From positions 1 through 64,000 of the forward strand of contig CAUYUJ010000285.1 in assembly GCA_963575745.1 (NCBI GenBank): DNA of 64,000 nt, given 5' to 3'. Origin of the DNA: Prorocentrum cordatum. Its lineage: Eukaryota. The position numbers were made by a program, and so were the translations under genes. Shown here piece after piece: positions 60,911 through 64,000 of this stretch. Position 1 is the stretch's first letter. Every line of letters begins with the position of its first letter. The notes beneath the pieces were generated by a model that searched no databases, was not told the origin of the DNA, and worked only from the letters and a program-made list of their open reading frames with translations.

Positions 60911-61935
60911 TCATCGAGGACGACGTCCGCAGCGGAAGGGCGATGCCCCCGCCCGACCCCCTCCCCAGGGGAGGGGCACGACCTGGCCGAACGGCCTCGC
61001 GAGTTCCATGTCGTCGCGGGCGACCTGGACCACGGTCTCCTTGCGCCCCTGGCCGCGCAAAACGAAGATCATGCCGCTCTCGGGTTCGGGGTCGCCGCGC
61101 AGCAGGCCGAACTGCCACGATCCCCCCACCCATCGGGCCAGCGCACTCGGTCACCGTCACGAGCGCCCCGCAGGGCTGCGGCCCCCCCCCCCTCGCCGCC
61201 GAGCCCTGCTCCAGGCGGCTCACGGGTAGGGAGTGCCGCGGCCGCTGCTGCCGCAGGCAGCGCCGCCTGCTCGAGCACCATGTTGGGCAGCCCCACGCTC
61301 GCGGCCGAGCTGACGGCGATGCCGCCCTCGCCCGTGCCCTGGTCCTTGCCTGAGGCTGTGCTGGTGGGCGGGCTGCCGCTACGCACGATCGGCAGCGTGG
61401 CGGCCCAGCTATCATCTTCTAGCATCGGCGAAGTGCCTGCAATAGCCCAGGAAACTCCAATCCCCGACGCACCACCGTCATCGGCTACGCCAGTTGCGAC
61501 GGCCTGCTCTCCGTCCACCACCATGCGCGCCGAGCCACCGCGGCAGCGAGGCCGACGCCGTCGCCGAGGGGCAGCCGCGGCCTGCGCCGAGGGCGCCACG
61601 GCTGGCGCGGGAGGGGTGGGGTTGGCCAACTTGGCCACCGCCGTCCTGAGAAGCCCTTCGGCAGCACGCGCGAGCCGAGCCACCTCGCGGAGCTCGGCGC
61701 TGCTGGCAAGCTTTGCGGCCGCACGCACCGCCGGGACCGCGTCACGGGGGGCAGCGACAGGAGGAGGAGGAGGAGGAGGAGGAGGAGGAGGGGGGAGGAG
61801 GAGGAGGAGGAGGAGGAGGAGGAGGAGGAGGAGGAGGAGGAGGAGCAGGAGGAGGAGGAGGAGGAGGAGGAGGAGGGGAGGAAGAGGAGGAAGAGGAGGG
61901 GCGCATCAGCGCGGGCGACCGTCGTCGGCGGCATC
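60911..61935 (-). pseudogene. Disrupted intronless ORF of unknown function (AVRAAAKLASSAELREVARLARAAEGLLRTAVAKL...GDRVRWPDGW/GSWQFGLLRG..), possibly retroelement-derived
   Basis: Protein-like helical segment. Interrupted by a (CCT)n tract (61760-61900) and by a frameshift in the G-run near 61122-61127. The stop at 60911 is followed almost directly by (TAT)n. Confidence 0.4.
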
Positions 61936-62959
61936 GGCGACACCGCGGGACGGCGGGCCGACCCAGCTGCTCGCAGCGTGAGCCAACATACCAACTGGAG
62001 GGGGAGAAGGAGGATTTTTTTGATTTCCGCGCGGGTGATCGTCTGCCGAACACTCCTGCCCGTGGCGCCGAAACGACGAGCGAGGGGCCCGAAGGAGGGC
62101 CGAAAGAAGCGAGGGACGGACCAGGACCCGAACAGAGCCGAGCAGGAGGACGAGGGGGAGGAGGAGGAGGACGAGGGGGAGGAGGAGGAGGAGGAGGAGG
62201 AGGGGGAGGAGGAGTGAGGAGGAGGAGGGAGGAGGAGGAGGAGGAGGAGGAGGAGGAGGAGGAGGAGGAGGAGGAGGAGGAGGAGGAGGAGGAGGAGGAG
62301 GAGGAGGAGGAGGAGGAGGAGGAGGAGGAGGAGGAAAAGGAGGAGGAGGAGGAGGAGGAGGAGGAGGGGACTGTGGCCGTGGCGGTCGTCCACCGGTCCG
62401 CCAGGAGGAGCAAGGAAGGATGTGCCACCCACCCGCGCGCGCGCGGGGAGGAGAGGCTTCACCGAAGAAGACTCTAGCTGCCCGTTGTCAGAGAGGATTG
62501 TTCTGTGCAACCTTACAAGTGCAGGAGGTTGCCCGAGCGGCGTCACTCTTCGAAGCGCCTCGGCCACGCGAAAAAAATAGGGGGCACCGACTGGATTGGG
62601 GGAAGCGGGGGCCGGGGTAGCAAGAGGCTGCCAAATACCAAACTGTATAAAAAACGACTGTCGATACTGGCTCCTCTGACAGATTGACAGGGTCTGGGGA
62701 TGACTGGGTTCGAGGATGCATGGCTGAGAGTTGCGCCCCCTCTTGGCAGAGCCTAAGCGGGCATATATTGTTTTATCCAGCGGCTTCCGGAAAGTGCAAG
62801 CCTCATCAGTCCAAGGGAGGAGACTTGAGCCTACTCAATCCCACCAGCCCTCTGGGCGTAGGTGGTCTAGGGAGGCTCCTTTTCCAACCCCCTTTTCCCC
62901 CTTCATAGGTTACCACCGTTCCCTATTTATAAACACCCCCTCCCCCACCCGGCCGGCAG

Positions 62960-63932
62960 CCAACCCGGAACCATGTGCACACTATGAAGGCCCCCCCCGC
63001 CATCCCTTTCAAAAAACAATACACAACGCACTCTGCCTCCAAAATCGGGGCATGCGCAACCAACCCGATGCGGGCCCCCCCACCATCCCTGTCAAAAACA
63101 ATACACAATACACTTTGGGGCAAAGTCCGGAATCATGTTCGTGAGGCCCGCGGGCACTTTGTATCGTTTGTCAACAGGGACGGCGGGGGTGTCAGCATAT
63201 TGCCTGCTGCGCGCAGGGCTATCATCCCTGTTAAACACACCATACAAAATGCACCTCGCGGCTAAATGTGGATAGTGCGCGGCCACCCCGCGATCATTGC
63301 CAAGTGGTTTTTGTCAGGGACGGCGGGGGTGGTGGCGTATGGCCTGCTGTGCGCAGGCCCACCATACAAACTGATGGGCAATGGATTTCGACAGGGATGG
63401 TGGGGCCCGACATGTTCCCCGATGTGTGCTGTCACGTGCGCAGGCGCACCTGACAAACTCTGCACGTGCCCCGGACGTGGCTGGAGGGAACATCAGGCGC
63501 ACCAGGCGTGCCTAACACGCTCGGGCCCCAGGGGTGCCTGGCGCGCGTGGCACCAACGGCACGCGTGGCGTGCCTCGCCCCAACGTCGCACACATGGGTT
63601 CGGTTTTGGTTCCCAATAGTTGTCCATCAGAAAAACGGCCGCGGAACATGCTGAGGCTCGGGTGTTACCTGTGTGCTGGGAGGGCTGGTGGGGGTGAGCT
63701 TGACGGCTTGCTATCTGGAGGGTGCCTTGATCACTGTTCCCTATTAGTAAACACTTACTCCCCCAGGGGACTGGTAGCCAACCAGGAACCATGAAGGCCC
63801 CCCCCCCCACCAACCCGTCGCAAAAAAAACAAACATGCAAAACACACTCTGCTTCCAAATTCGGAGCATGCGCAGCCAAACCGATGCGGCGTCCCCCCAC
63901 CATCCCAGTCAAACAACAATACAGAATACACT
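62960..63932 (+). repeat. Repeat with CATCCCTGTCAAAAACAATACAC subunits; ~62965-63115 repeated at ~63785-63932
   Basis: Shared CACTCTGC.TCCAAA.TCGG.GCATGCGCA.CCAA.CCGATGCGG segment. Confidence 0.7.
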
Positions 63933-64000
63933 TGGCGGCGGCGGCGGCGGCTGGAGCGGCGGCGGCGGCGGCGGCGGCGCGGCGGCGGCGGCGGAAACGG

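Overview
Eukaryotic, repeat-saturated, GC-rich DNA, most likely from a dinoflagellate (inferred from GC splice donors, AG|G acceptors and repeat style). Almost all listed ORFs are microsatellite artefacts. One real gene is hidden on the minus strand: a DedA/VTT (TVP38/TMEM64-like) membrane protein. Its four recognisable exons (31320-31201, 10426-10352, ~5488-5417, 4716-4597) are spread over 27 kb with a ~20.8 kb intron, and two candidate upstream exons lie at 37 and 50 kb. The introns hold many small non-autonomous DNA transposons, nested insertions, satellites and trinucleotide tracts. The most unusual signal is a set of at least 13 insertions from about 10 unrelated small families. They share TC(G/A)G...C(C/T)GA-type termini and exact, site-specific 5-bp target-site duplications (TSDs), a combination I cannot assign to a known eukaryotic superfamily. 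Also notable are a possible GC-AC intron, strong same-strand bias of independent insertions, a 3.2-kb composite TIR element and a giant inverted (TAC)n/(GTA)n block. I found no autonomous transposase, RNA gene or CRISPR array.
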